The notes under the pieces are model-generated. The model was not told the origin of the DNA. It worked only from the letters and a program-made list of their open reading frames with translations, and searched no databases. This document shows, in pieces, positions 8,120-18,023 of a DNA stretch of 42,448 nucleotides. Position numbers and translations under genes: made by a program. This DNA comes from a virus (taxonomy: Duplodnaviria > Caudoviricetes): positions 1-42,448 of the IMG/VR virus record IMGVR_UViG_3300048861_000119. One strand, written 5' to 3'. Within the stretch, counting starts at the first letter, position 1. Each line of letters starts with the position of its first letter.

Positions 8120-8521
8120 CTATCGCACTGCGGCCGCCGCGATGAAGAGTTGGTCGATCGCTCCGTCGGAAAGGCCCAACGCATGAGCGGCAGCGATCAG
8201 CGCCGGGCTATTCCGTTCGACGGTAGGCGCCTCAAGCCATGCCAGCTTGCCCATGTCGTCGTCGCCCAATCCGTCGAAATATGCGTTGACTTGCGACAAC
8301 AGGCCTGCTTGCAACAGCGCTGCGCGTGCCTGGTATCGCGTGACCACGGCCGGAATCAAGACGGGCGGAGTCGGCGCGGGGTCCGGCGTATTGCCCACCG
8401 CGACCCAAACTTGATAGGCGTCCCAATCAATATTTCCTATGGCATTCGGTACCCAATACTCGGTATCGTCTTGGATAGAGACAACGCCATCGAAAGCATT
8501 TCGCAGTTCATAATTTGCCAT
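8120..8521 (-). CDS. Tail fibre assembly/chaperone-like protein
   Basis: Follows the fibre gene; GNIDWDAYQVWVAVGNTPDPA and VTRYQARAAL motifs are typical of such proteins. Confidence 0.7.
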   Translation of the reverse strand: MANYELRNAFDGVVSIQDDTEYWVPNAIGNIDWDAYQVWVAVGNTPDPAPTPPVLIPAVVTRYQARAALLQAGLLSQVNAYFDGLGDDDMGKLAWLEAPTVERNSPALIAAAHALGLSDGAIDQLFIAAAAVR

Positions 8522-8523
8522 GT

Positions 8524-10059
8524 CTATAGCCTCGCGGCGCCTTGGATAACGGTTGAATGATAAAAAGCTCCGGCAGCTGGGGTAGTGCCATTGAGGCGGA
8601 CGTTTGTAACGCTTGCGGAAAAGGCGTTAGGGGTGAAATTGTTGCTTTCCAACGTTGACACGAAATTCACGGTCGGATTTATTCTTTTCGCGGCCTTCCA
8701 AGTAGCCACACCACCTTCTAGGGCGCTGGCGCTGGGACTAGATCCAATCACCCACAAATTGGAAAGCTCAAAATATCGCCACACCAGTTGGTTCATTAGA
8801 TCGAAGCGCTGATATTCGAAAGGAGTTGCAAGCTCATCGGTTGACCACGTTAGGCGCTCTAATTGCATGCCCCGAAAAGCCAGAAGACCCGTAGCAACTA
8901 ATACGTTTTGTGCGCCTTGAGCGTCTTGCCAATTCGCATTAGCCCAAACCCCCGGAGGCCCTTTCGTATCGTCACCTGACCCCAAGTTAAATCGCACTTG
9001 AAGGTACGCCCCGGCATTGGTAGTGAAATAGGTATTGGCGCCCGCCAAGTTATCGGGCGGTATAACTACAACTTTCCTTTCCCATGTAGCGGCTTGGTGA
9101 ACCGTGTACAGAAAGGGATACGAGTGAACGTTTGCAAGGTTGCTGCCGCCTGAAACACAGGCACCGAAAGTGCCTGCGAAATTGCTGTACACCCAGAAAG
9201 ATAGAACCGCCGGGACGGCTCCAGGCGTGCCCCATCCCAATACCGCGCCAAAGCACCCCTCCACATTTTGTTTGACTTGGTACACCATGCCACTGGTGAC
9301 CGGCGTAGGCGCTTTGACCCTTAAGACCAAATTTCCACGGAAATTCTCCCCCGGAACAGGAGGCAGCGTTGAATCGTTAACTTTCGCAGAAAATACATTC
9401 GCGGAGGTGGTAGAGCTTTGCCACTGATCGGCGACATATAGCCCGCCTAGGGGGGCATTTGTTTCTACGCCGCTATTGGCTTGATCGAAAACAAATTCCC
9501 CGTTTGTCAATAAATTTCGGTACCCGAAATTTGGATAGCGACCGGCAGCCACGTCCAGATCGCGACGCGGCGCGTACTTCGTGCCATCCCACTCCATTTC
9601 CCCGACGCCAGGGACACAGATTGGTCCAAGGTCTGTCGCTGGTATAGCGTTCGCTGCGTATATCGGCAGCCCGGCACCCTGCGCGGCAAGTGCGGCGTAC
9701 TGCCTGGCAGATAGGAACGGTGTCCCGCCGACCGTGCCGCCGTCTTTGCTGGCCCAGTCTTTGGCGAGGTCTCGCGCGGCTTCCGCATCGGCGCGTGCCT
9801 GGGCGGCCGCTACGGCTGAACCCTGCGCATGGGTCTCCGACAACAGTGCGTTTGTGGCACTGCCATTCGCAGCGGTCGCGCTTGATTCGGCGGAATCCTT
9901 ATATTCCCCCGCTGTCTCTGTTGCTTCGTCCACCTGCTGGGCGAGCGCGTTGGCCTCGGTGGCAAAGCCCGGTAGCGCCGCCATGAATGCGTCCGCGCGC
10001 TCCGGGAAATTCGTCGGATCACTCCGGCTGGGCGGGTCGGGCAAAGGGGTAATCGCCAT
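8524..10059 (-). CDS. Tail fibre / receptor-binding protein
   Basis: Ala-rich N-terminal stalk, RNLLTNGEF..DQ domain start and beta-rich C-terminal region. Confidence 0.85.
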   Translation of the reverse strand: MAITPLPDPPSRSDPTNFPERADAFMAALPGFATEANALAQQVDEATETAGEYKDSAESSATAANGSATNALLSETHAQGSAVAAAQARADAEAARDLAKDWASKDGGTVGGTPFLSARQYAALAAQGAGLPIYAANAIPATDLGPICVPGVGEMEWDGTKYAPRRDLDVAAGRYPNFGYRNLLTNGEFVFDQANSGVETNAPLGGLYVADQWQSSTTSANVFSAKVNDSTLPPVPGENFRGNLVLRVKAPTPVTSGMVYQVKQNVEGCFGAVLGWGTPGAVPAVLSFWVYSNFAGTFGACVSGGSNLANVHSYPFLYTVHQAATWERKVVVIPPDNLAGANTYFTTNAGAYLQVRFNLGSGDDTKGPPGVWANANWQDAQGAQNVLVATGLLAFRGMQLERLTWSTDELATPFEYQRFDLMNQLVWRYFELSNLWVIGSSPSASALEGGVATWKAAKRINPTVNFVSTLESNNFTPNAFSASVTNVRLNGTTPAAGAFYHSTVIQGAARL

Positions 10060-10949
10060 TACGTCAGTCCTTCGATTTCGAGGTTGCAGAAGTTGATCAG
10101 GGGATACGCGATATCAATCGAGAAATCGCGGTAGAAGCCGAAGATGGTCAGCGGGCCCAGGTCATCGGAATCGGCGCCGATCCACACGCACGGCGTTGCA
10201 CGAAGGCCCGACAGCAGGCGATACACAGCGTTGAACCGCGGCGCATCGACCCACAGGCGTTGTGACATGCGCCGCGAGAAATTGCGCTTGCGAAAAGTTG
10301 TCTTGCCGGTATCAGAGGTGTCCTTACGGCTGTAGTCGATGATGCCTGCGCTACCGCCGTACTCACCGTCACCAATCAGGTAGGCCGTCCCGGCGATGAA
10401 TGCGCCGCAGGCGACCGACCCGAACGGCGCCTCGATCGACACCTCAAGGTGCAAGCTCCCGTAGGCCGGGAGATCGGTCAGTACGATCTCCGAAAGTGGC
10501 GCGAAGGGCTCGAAGAAGTACTCATACCAGTTGGTGACAATCGAGCCCTCCAACTGCCGTTCGGCGGTGTAGATGATCGGTCCGGACGGGCCATCACGCC
10601 CCGTCACGTCGACTCGTGATCCCGCCAGTTCGAGCAGTGCCAGGCTGTTGACTAGGCCCGGCTTCACCACGACCGTCAGCGGGCTGTCACGCGTGGTCTG
10701 CGTGCTGACTTCGTCGTCGAACATTGCCCATTTGTTCGTGGGCCCGGACAGCGCCCAATACAGCGGCTGCTCGCCTGGTGTCTTACCCTTGTTGGGCGTC
10801 TGCACCGATTCATAGACATTCGATTCGTAGGTGACTTTCGCACCGACTGCATAGTCAGTATCCGCCGCGTAAGCCGGCGCGTCATCCTCCGCGACGTTGG
10901 AACTCACCAGCTGCGCGGCGCCGATGGTTACTGGCTTGATGACCTTCAT
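10059..10949 (-). CDS. Tail tip structural protein with a small carbohydrate-binding-like module
   Basis: Lies between tape measure and fibre genes; YAVGAKVTYESNVY...PG...YW resembles CBM5/12. Confidence 0.75.
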   Translation of the reverse strand: MKVIKPVTIGAAQLVSSNVAEDDAPAYAADTDYAVGAKVTYESNVYESVQTPNKGKTPGEQPLYWALSGPTNKWAMFDDEVSTQTTRDSPLTVVVKPGLVNSLALLELAGSRVDVTGRDGPSGPIIYTAERQLEGSIVTNWYEYFFEPFAPLSEIVLTDLPAYGSLHLEVSIEAPFGSVACGAFIAGTAYLIGDGEYGGSAGIIDYSRKDTSDTGKTTFRKRNFSRRMSQRLWVDAPRFNAVYRLLSGLRATPCVWIGADSDDLGPLTIFGFYRDFSIDIAYPLINFCNLEIEGLT

Positions 10950-13900
10950 GCTTGCTGCACCTCCAACACGTTGAGCGGATCATCCGCGTCGGCGCGCACC
11001 AGCAGGCCGTCGACCTCGAAGCGATCGAGCTGCCTAGTCGTCTTCGCTGTATTGCTCGCCGTGGCGCGCGCCTCGATGCGAAGCCCTGCCACTTCGTCAC
11101 GCAGGGCTTGCTGCTCCTGCAGCAGCGCTTGCAGAGCAGCAACCAACTCGGTCTGGCCGGAACCGCCGGCAAGGATGGACTGCGTCTGCTGGGCATTGAA
11201 GACGCGCGACGGCCCAGTAACCTCCAGCTCGGGGCCGTTCTCGCCCACAAGCCGCAGACCCCCGGCGTGATCGCCACCGGTGGCGAACGCGGCCACAGGC
11301 GTGCCGGTCAAGGCGTTCACCACCTGGCGCAGCCCGTTGACGGTGGCGTCGCGAGCGGCGTTGATGGCGTTGGCCAGGATTTCGTCGCCGCTGAGCGCCG
11401 ACTTTTCCAAGGCCGCCAGCGTGGCGTCGATCTGCCCCAGCAGGCCAAGGCTCTCTTCCTCGTAGCCCTTTGGCGCTACCGCATCCATACGGTCGGCAAT
11501 AGCCTCCGCGCGCGCCAGGGTGGTGGCGATGAAGGACTGATACTGAGTATCTGACGAGAATGCGCCGTCAGCGGCCTGCAGCAGCGGCTGCAGCATGCTG
11601 TTCAACTGATCTGCATAGCCGGTCAGCGCATCTCCGTCAGAACCCATCGCCTTGGCGTACACCTCGGCGAAGTCGCTCTGCATGACGGCGAACTGGTCCT
11701 CGGGGTCCAGTTGGCTGACCCGGTAGTCCTTGACAGTTTTGCGCAGCGCATCGGCACCCTCGGACAGCGCGGCGGCCAACGCCTTTTGGGCCTCGTAGTA
11801 CTTCACCGTCTGATCGCGCAGATCGCTCAACGTGGATACGGATTTCGTAGCGTCCAGAGCGAACTGCTGTAGCGAGTCGGAATAGGCCAGCTGCTGTGCA
11901 CGGGCATTCTTCGCCGCTTCGGTGGCTGCGGCCTGCGCACTGGCAGCGGCGGTCACTGCGGCTGCGTACTGCTGTTGCAACCTCGCTGCATCCATTGCAC
12001 TGGGTGCATTGTTGCTCGCCGCAACGGCCGCCTCTAGCTGCGCCTGCGCGTTGTCATAAGCCTGCTGCGCCGCCGGCATCTGCGCCTCGGCGATCGAGCG
12101 GGCACGGTCCAGCTCTTCCCAGTTGTCCTTCTTGTACCCGACCGTCTTGGGGGCATGGATGTCGGCGTGAAGCTTTTGTAGGAACGCGAGCGAGTCGTCA
12201 TACTGCTTCTGAGCTGAAGCAACGTTCGCCAGGGCCGAGTCGTGCGCCGACTGAACCGACGTATATGCTTGTTCGGCTGCATTCCGCTCGCTAACGCGCT
12301 GCGCCGCGACTGCGTCGGCAGAATTGAGCTGGGCTGCAGCGCTGACCACACCAGCGTTACTCGGCAGTGCAGTGTTGATGCCGGCAATAGCCTCCCGAAT
12401 CGCGGCGGGCGACATGGGTGCCGGATCCAGAATGTCACGGGCCGACTGGCGCACCGCCATGCGCTCGTTGCCGATGGAATCGATAAGCGACTTCATGCGG
12501 TCCGCCAGTTGTTGGAACGCCGCGTTGAGCGTGGACACAAACACGTCTACGTCTACGTTGGCCAGGGCGTCGCCCATCTCCTTAAAATTGATAATGGTCC
12601 CGCCCAGGCCCTGCTGCAGCAGGGCGATCTGTTCGGCCAGATCCGCGCTGGCCGTTTGCGCGCCGGACATGGTGCCATCCAGGCTCGCCGTGCTGCCCTG
12701 GAAGTCCAGCAACCCGGAATCAAGATCCAGAAACAGGCGCGAAATTTGACCCGTCGCCGCAGAGGACTGATTGAGCGTGTCCGCCAGCACCAGAGCGCTG
12801 ACCGCAGCAGCATCCATCGCGGGCACCACGCCGCCACGCCCTGTGTAGGCTGCCAGGATCGCCGCAGCCATCGCCTGGCCTTGCTGCGTGGTCGCCTCTA
12901 CCACAGCGGCAAACTCCGGCGCCACCGCGAGCAGCGCGGCGTAAGCGGCCTGGCCTGAGTCTGACGTGAGATCAAGCGCCGACACCATGGCGCGGAATTC
13001 CTCCATGGTGTTGGGCAGCACGATGTTCAGGCCCTTTAGTTGGTCGTTCATGGACGCCAGGCACAGCTTTGCGCGCTCGGCTTCCGAGTAGTACTGCTGG
13101 TAATACTGCTGCGTGGCCTGGGTCATCGCATCGATGCCGCCGAAGGCGTCCGCCAGCTTGGATGCCGTAGCGGCACCCGAGACCGACACGTCGAACAGCT
13201 TCAAGTCCAGCAATTTCAGCGATTGATTGACTGCGGTCAGGTTTGAGCCCAGCCGCGCCAACGTTGCGGAAGCGGTCTCGCCTTCCTTGGCGAAGTCGGC
13301 GATATTGGGCACCAGCGAGCGCACCATGTTCTCGCCCACCGCCGAAATGGCGTCCTCGATGAGCTTCTGGTTTGCCTCTTCGTCGTCGCCCAGCTTGACT
13401 CGAATCTGCTCGCTGTATGTGTCCAGCGACTTCGACGACACGCCCACCACCTGCGCCAGGCCAGCCGCGTTCGCTTTCATTTGCTCGAACGACGCGCTCA
13501 CCTGATCGATGAATGCGCTGTCCAGCGAGCCGACCTGGATGCCGCTCTTGTTGCTGCGGAACAGCCCGCCCTGCTGCTTCCAAGGCGTGCTGGTGTAACC
13601 ATTGAAGCCCAACGAGTTGAAGTCGCCGGCCAGCGTCGTGTCGCCATACTTCACCGGGCCCATGCCGAACAACCGCGCGACGGTGGAGGACCCCGACAGC
13701 ATAGACGCCAGCTCACCGCTTAACCCAGCCGTCCGAAGAACCTTGTCCGTCCACACCGAAGGGCCAGTAACCGGGTTGTACTTTCCGAAGTCCGACAGCG
13801 TGCCGTTGTCGGCGTCCCAACCTTGCTTATAGAGCGACCGGCTCGCCATCATGCCCGCAGCGATCCAGCCGACGACCGGGATGACGCTAGAAAAAGAGGA

Positions 13901-16525
13901 GCCCAGACCGGCTGCGGTGCTGCCCGCCGTTGTCGGCCCGGCCACGCCGGCCGCCAGCGTTGCGCCCTGCCCGGTCATGCCCAGCGCGAACTGCTGGGCG
14001 GCCGTCGAACCGATGGCGCTGCCGATGGTGGAAACCCCAGATGCCAGCGAAGCCGTCAAGCCACCGGTCAGGGCACCGTATGCATTGCGCACCAAGCCGA
14101 AGATATTGGCCGTGTTCAGACCCAGGCCGGCCAGCCCGGACGCGCCCGGCGATCCAGAGCCGGAAAACGAGCCCAAGGTGCTTGCGCCGGCCGCCAACGC
14201 ATTGGTGCCCGACAGGCCCAGTACATTGGCCGCGATGTTCACCACAATCGGCTGAACGAACATCTTGTAGACGGCGTCGGCCACCGTGGTCTTGAAGGTG
14301 GTCACCAGCGACGTCGTGAAGGCCTTCCAGCCTTCCTTGCCGTTGTTGAGCATTCCCGCGAAGCCCTGGCGGAACACGTCGCCGTACTGGTCGACGGTCT
14401 TCTGCCAGTCGCGCACGTAGTCATCGTTCGCCTTCTTCTGGGCGTCCTTGACGTCCTTGGCGCGCACGGCGGTGGCCAGGCGTTGCCGGGCGTCGATTTC
14501 CTGGTTGATGAGGTCGATCTCTTCCTGGGCGCCGTCAAATCCCGCCAGGGCCGCCTTGCGATCTTCTAGGCGTGCGATGGTCAGTTGCTCCAGCGCTGCC
14601 TTGCTCAGACCGTAGGTGGCGACCTGGTCCTCGGTAACCTGGGCTTCCTGCGTGATCTTGGCGATGCCGTCGCGCAGGCCGTCGAAGTACTTCTCACGCG
14701 ACTGCAGGAAAGCCTTGGTTTCGTCGTTGGCGCGAACCAGGGCGCCGGCCTCGGCAGCGAGCGCCTGAGTATGCTCCAGGCTGGCACGGACCTGCGACTT
14801 GAGATTGCCCTGCAGCAGCTCACCAATCTCCGCGGCGCGGCGTTCGAATTCGTTCAGCTTGCTGGTTTGCAGGCCACGCTCGGCCAGCTCCGAAGACAGC
14901 GCTTTTTCCTCGGTGATGCGCGCGATTAGCCGAGCAGCTTCTGTGTCTGCGCCGGTCAGCCCAGTGCCCTTGTCCTCGAATTTCTTGTTGATTGCATCCA
15001 GCGCCGTACGGTGCGCCTCATAGACCTGCTCGTATTCCTGCGTGCCCTCGCGCAGCCCCGCGATGGCCCTCTCGAAAGCCTGCTGCTCCTGCTGGATGGC
15101 TTTCACGCGCTGCTGCGACGGCGAGTTTCTGCTGTCGTCATCCAGGTAACCGGCGCGGAAGACCGACTGGTCTAGATCTTGCTGTTGGCTCTTGCCGGCA
15201 GCAGCAGCCGACGCATCGGCGTAATACTGCTTCTCCAGCCGGTCCTGCTCCGTTTGCGCTGCGGCGAGCTGGGCGGCCAATTGTCCGGTGGGTCGGCCGC
15301 GCGCCGACTGAGCCAGCAGCTTGTCGCCCAGGTTTTGCACGACGCTGGCCTGCGTTGAAATGCGGTCTTCCAACGTGGCGGGCCGGCCGACATCGAGCAT
15401 CGCGTCCCACGCGCCCTTTGCCATGCTCGTTACACGTTTCCAGGCGCTCTCCAGTGCGCCGAGGTTCTGCTCAAGCTTGGGCGCCCGATCATTCAGGGCG
15501 TCGGCGTAGGCTTTCTGCGCCACGGCGGCGGCCTGGGCTGTTTGGCCCTGGTTCTCCAGCGAGCGAATCTGCTCATAAGTGCTGGCCGTCAGGAAGTTCA
15601 TGCCCTCGTTCAGCTTCAGCACCGCATCCAGCGGATCCTTGCCAAGTTCGATGAACGCCTTCACGGTGTCCTCGGCCGCAGTGCCAGTGATCTTCTCCCA
15701 GCGAATGGCCGCTTCAGCGAACTGCTCCATGTTCTCAGCGCCCACCTTGGTGCTGCGCGCGAACTGGTCCAGTACGTCCGCCGCCTGACCCTGCGTGCCC
15801 ACCACGTCGCTGATGCGGCGCGCCATCTGCTGTAGGTCACCCGCGGTCTTCCCGGCCAGGGCGCCGGTCTCGATGAACGTGCGGTTGAACCGTTCCGCCT
15901 CGTCGGCGCCTTCCGAGTAGGCGAGTGCCAGCGCCACAGCGGCACCGGCCGCCAGGGTCAGCGGATTGACCATCGCCGCGATGTAGCCAGTCAGGGCGCG
16001 CGCCGTAGGCGCGATCCCGCCGAACATGTCCTTCAGCTGCCCGCCCTGCTGCAGCAGCACCGTCATTGGGCGCTGGCCACCTTGCAGAGATACAGCGATA
16101 TCGGTGAACTGCGCCGGCAAGCCGCGCGTGGCGGCCGTCAGCGCCTTCGCAGACAGACCGGTATCGCCCTGGGCAACAGAAACTGCCTTCAGTTGGTCGA
16201 GGTACGGTTTCAGCTGATTCGGGTCCACGCCACGCTGCTGTGCGATCGCCTGGTAGTACTCCGCAGTGCCCTTCGCGCCGGCCTGTGTTACCGCGATCTG
16301 CCGCTCAATCTGGCCCACGAGATTCTGGGTGGAGCGCTCCAGCTTGCGGTTGGCTTGATCGCCGTCGCTTGCAGCCTTCGATAGGCTCTGCGATGCGCCG
16401 CGACCCAGATCCTCGATCGACTTTTTGGCCTTGCCAGTCTGCTGGGTCACCTCGGCCATGGTGGCGCTGAGACCCGATGCGTCGCCCGTGACGGCAACAA
16501 CACCTTCCGCGATGACTTGAGACAT
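10946..16525 (-). CDS. Tail tape measure protein
   Basis: 1859 aa, Ala/Gln-rich; lambda-type LPAQFTDIAVSLQGGQ..LLQQGGQLKDMFGG motif; C-terminal FATGG..LVGENGPE motif. Confidence 0.95.
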   Translation of the reverse strand: MSQVIAEGVVAVTGDASGLSATMAEVTQQTGKAKKSIEDLGRGASQSLSKAASDGDQANRKLERSTQNLVGQIERQIAVTQAGAKGTAEYYQAIAQQRGVDPNQLKPYLDQLKAVSVAQGDTGLSAKALTAATRGLPAQFTDIAVSLQGGQRPMTVLLQQGGQLKDMFGGIAPTARALTGYIAAMVNPLTLAAGAAVALALAYSEGADEAERFNRTFIETGALAGKTAGDLQQMARRISDVVGTQGQAADVLDQFARSTKVGAENMEQFAEAAIRWEKITGTAAEDTVKAFIELGKDPLDAVLKLNEGMNFLTASTYEQIRSLENQGQTAQAAAVAQKAYADALNDRAPKLEQNLGALESAWKRVTSMAKGAWDAMLDVGRPATLEDRISTQASVVQNLGDKLLAQSARGRPTGQLAAQLAAAQTEQDRLEKQYYADASAAAAGKSQQQDLDQSVFRAGYLDDDSRNSPSQQRVKAIQQEQQAFERAIAGLREGTQEYEQVYEAHRTALDAINKKFEDKGTGLTGADTEAARLIARITEEKALSSELAERGLQTSKLNEFERRAAEIGELLQGNLKSQVRASLEHTQALAAEAGALVRANDETKAFLQSREKYFDGLRDGIAKITQEAQVTEDQVATYGLSKAALEQLTIARLEDRKAALAGFDGAQEEIDLINQEIDARQRLATAVRAKDVKDAQKKANDDYVRDWQKTVDQYGDVFRQGFAGMLNNGKEGWKAFTTSLVTTFKTTVADAVYKMFVQPIVVNIAANVLGLSGTNALAAGASTLGSFSGSGSPGASGLAGLGLNTANIFGLVRNAYGALTGGLTASLASGVSTIGSAIGSTAAQQFALGMTGQGATLAAGVAGPTTAGSTAAGLGSSFSSVIPVVGWIAAGMMASRSLYKQGWDADNGTLSDFGKYNPVTGPSVWTDKVLRTAGLSGELASMLSGSSTVARLFGMGPVKYGDTTLAGDFNSLGFNGYTSTPWKQQGGLFRSNKSGIQVGSLDSAFIDQVSASFEQMKANAAGLAQVVGVSSKSLDTYSEQIRVKLGDDEEANQKLIEDAISAVGENMVRSLVPNIADFAKEGETASATLARLGSNLTAVNQSLKLLDLKLFDVSVSGAATASKLADAFGGIDAMTQATQQYYQQYYSEAERAKLCLASMNDQLKGLNIVLPNTMEEFRAMVSALDLTSDSGQAAYAALLAVAPEFAAVVEATTQQGQAMAAAILAAYTGRGGVVPAMDAAAVSALVLADTLNQSSAATGQISRLFLDLDSGLLDFQGSTASLDGTMSGAQTASADLAEQIALLQQGLGGTIINFKEMGDALANVDVDVFVSTLNAAFQQLADRMKSLIDSIGNERMAVRQSARDILDPAPMSPAAIREAIAGINTALPSNAGVVSAAAQLNSADAVAAQRVSERNAAEQAYTSVQSAHDSALANVASAQKQYDDSLAFLQKLHADIHAPKTVGYKKDNWEELDRARSIAEAQMPAAQQAYDNAQAQLEAAVAASNNAPSAMDAARLQQQYAAAVTAAASAQAAATEAAKNARAQQLAYSDSLQQFALDATKSVSTLSDLRDQTVKYYEAQKALAAALSEGADALRKTVKDYRVSQLDPEDQFAVMQSDFAEVYAKAMGSDGDALTGYADQLNSMLQPLLQAADGAFSSDTQYQSFIATTLARAEAIADRMDAVAPKGYEEESLGLLGQIDATLAALEKSALSGDEILANAINAARDATVNGLRQVVNALTGTPVAAFATGGDHAGGLRLVGENGPELEVTGPSRVFNAQQTQSILAGGSGQTELVAALQALLQEQQALRDEVAGLRIEARATASNTAKTTRQLDRFEVDGLLVRADADDPLNVLEVQQA

Positions 16526-16559
16526 AACAGGGTTCCAATAAAAAGCCGCCGGCGGCGGG

Positions 16560-16877
16560 TTACTTCCTGGCCATTTCTTCCAGCGCTGCGCCTTCCATGA
16601 TCCGGACCTCTTCTTCCAGATCCTCGTAGCGCTCGGCCGATAGGCCCATGCGGTCCATCTTGTGGAATAGGACCCCGTAATCCAACCCTGTGGCGCCCGC
16701 CATGCCTACTCGCCATTGCGTCCGCATGGCGAGGAACAGTTCCAGTGCTTGTTCGTGGCCTGGCCAGACCTCAATCGGAGGCCCGGCCACGTCGTCAAGG
16801 GTCAGCCCGAAAGCTGCCAACTCTTCTGGATCGGGGCCTCTGGCGTAGAGCGCGGCGCCCAGGGCGGTCAGTTTCCC
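16560..16877 (-). CDS. Tail assembly chaperone, frameshift extension (DUF1799-like, lambda gpT equivalent)
   Basis: TQWRVGMAGATGLDY motif; reached by a -1 shift at GGGAAAC. Confidence 0.85.
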   Translation of the reverse strand, partial: GKLTALGAALYARGPDPEELAAFGLTLDDVAGPPIEVWPGHEQALELFLAMRTQWRVGMAGATGLDYGVLFHKMDRMGLSAERYEDLEEEVRIMEGAALEEMARK

Positions 16878-17191
16878 GCGCGGGCCTTGATGAGTTCGTC
16901 CACGTAGGTGGTGAAGATCGCGCGAGCGGCGCCCACGTAGTTGTCCACCAGCTTTTCGACGTTGTCCTTGTCGAAGGATTCCGCCAGTTCCCAGCCGCTG
17001 GCGACATCCATCACCAGCGCCACATCGTCGGCCTGGTCCTTTGCCGCTTCCATGAACTCTTGGAACTCCGTTTTGTTTCGGTGCTTGAACGTGAACTCGA
17101 CGTCCACGAAGTCCGCGCCCGGAATGGGCATCTTCACCTTCTTCTTGAACGTGGGTTGCGGGACGAGCGTGAATTTGATTTTTCCGGCCAT
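16868..17191 (-). CDS. Tail assembly chaperone (lambda gpG equivalent)
   Basis: PTFKKKVKMPIPG..FTFKH..GWEL motifs; located between tail tube and tape measure genes. Confidence 0.88.
   Translation of the reverse strand: MAGKIKFTLVPQPTFKKKVKMPIPGADFVDVEFTFKHRNKTEFQEFMEAAKDQADDVALVMDVASGWELAESFDKDNVEKLVDNYVGAARAIFTTYVDELIKARAGN
16871..16877 (-). other. -1 programmed frameshift slippery site G-GGA-AAC
   Basis: X XXY YYZ heptamer just before the chaperone stop codon; the -1 frame continues as GKLTALGAALY. Confidence 0.85.
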
Positions 17192-17271
17192 GGATGGATC
17201 CTTTGAATAGCGGGGTGTGTGGCATTGAAGGGGGCCGCGCCGCACATGCGGCACGGCCGGTGCGGGCTTGC

Positions 17272-17928
17272 TTAGACCTGGGACGCGGCGTAGCGCACGG
17301 GACGCGACAGCAACGAGAAGGTGGCCTGCACCGCCATCACCGAGCCCTTGGTCATGGTGGGCGTCTCGTTGAACGACACGTAGCCGTTGTAGAGAATCAC
17401 CGAACCGTTCGGGAAGGTGATGCGCAACGCGCGCACGTCGCGCTTTTCGGCCGCCGCCTGCAGCGCCTTGTAGCCCGGTAGAGTCGGGTCATCGGCGATG
17501 GTCAGTGTGAAGGACTGCGCGCTGGCCTGCGTCGGGATCTGCGACTCGAAATCGTTCTCCAGGAAGCTGAACGTGGCGAATTGCATATCGCCGCCCGACG
17601 TCGACGTGTCGGTGACCTGGGAAATTTGCGTGAACGCCGTGATCTCGCGCACCGAACCCGTGCCGGTACCGCCCGGATAGATGGTCTGCGAAGTCGTGTC
17701 GGTGCCCTCAAGAGAAAAGGCGCCCGTGGTCGAGTCGTCGATGCGGAAAATGCGGTCGTTCAGCTTCTGCCACCCGGACTTCACTTCGATGAGCGCGCCA
17801 TCGGTGAGACCGTGCGCTGCGCTGGTGGCCACCGCGGGCGCGGCGTTCGTCAGGGCGGTGACGTTCTTGACCGCCCCGTAGGCAGTCGCCAGCGCCAAGA
17901 TGACGCCGTTGGGAAGGGATACAGACAT
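17272..17928 (-). CDS. Major tail tube protein
   Basis: MSVSLPNG..., FTQISQV...SGGDMQF..FLE, LPGY..L and GYVSFNETP motifs. Confidence 0.9.
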   Translation of the reverse strand: MSVSLPNGVILALATAYGAVKNVTALTNAAPAVATSAAHGLTDGALIEVKSGWQKLNDRIFRIDDSTTGAFSLEGTDTTSQTIYPGGTGTGSVREITAFTQISQVTDTSTSGGDMQFATFSFLENDFESQIPTQASAQSFTLTIADDPTLPGYKALQAAAEKRDVRALRITFPNGSVILYNGYVSFNETPTMTKGSVMAVQATFSLLSRPVRYAASQV

Positions 17929-17951
17929 GGGATTGCTCCAATCAAGGGACG

Positions 17952-17976
17952 AAAAAAAACCCGCCAGCGGCGGGTT
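17952..17976 (-). terminator. Intrinsic terminator
   Basis: AACCCGCC-GCT-GGCGGGTT hairpin running into a T8 tract on the minus strand. Confidence 0.85.
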
Positions 17977-18023
17977 GAGTGGTTGTGCCCCAAGGAGGGC
18001 AGCGGGCCTGGTTGCCCAGGCGG

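Noticed and set aside
8524-10059. BPP-1-like diversity-generating retroelement acting on the tail fibre
   Set aside because: No reverse transcriptase and no adenine-variant TR/VR repeat pair seen in the window.
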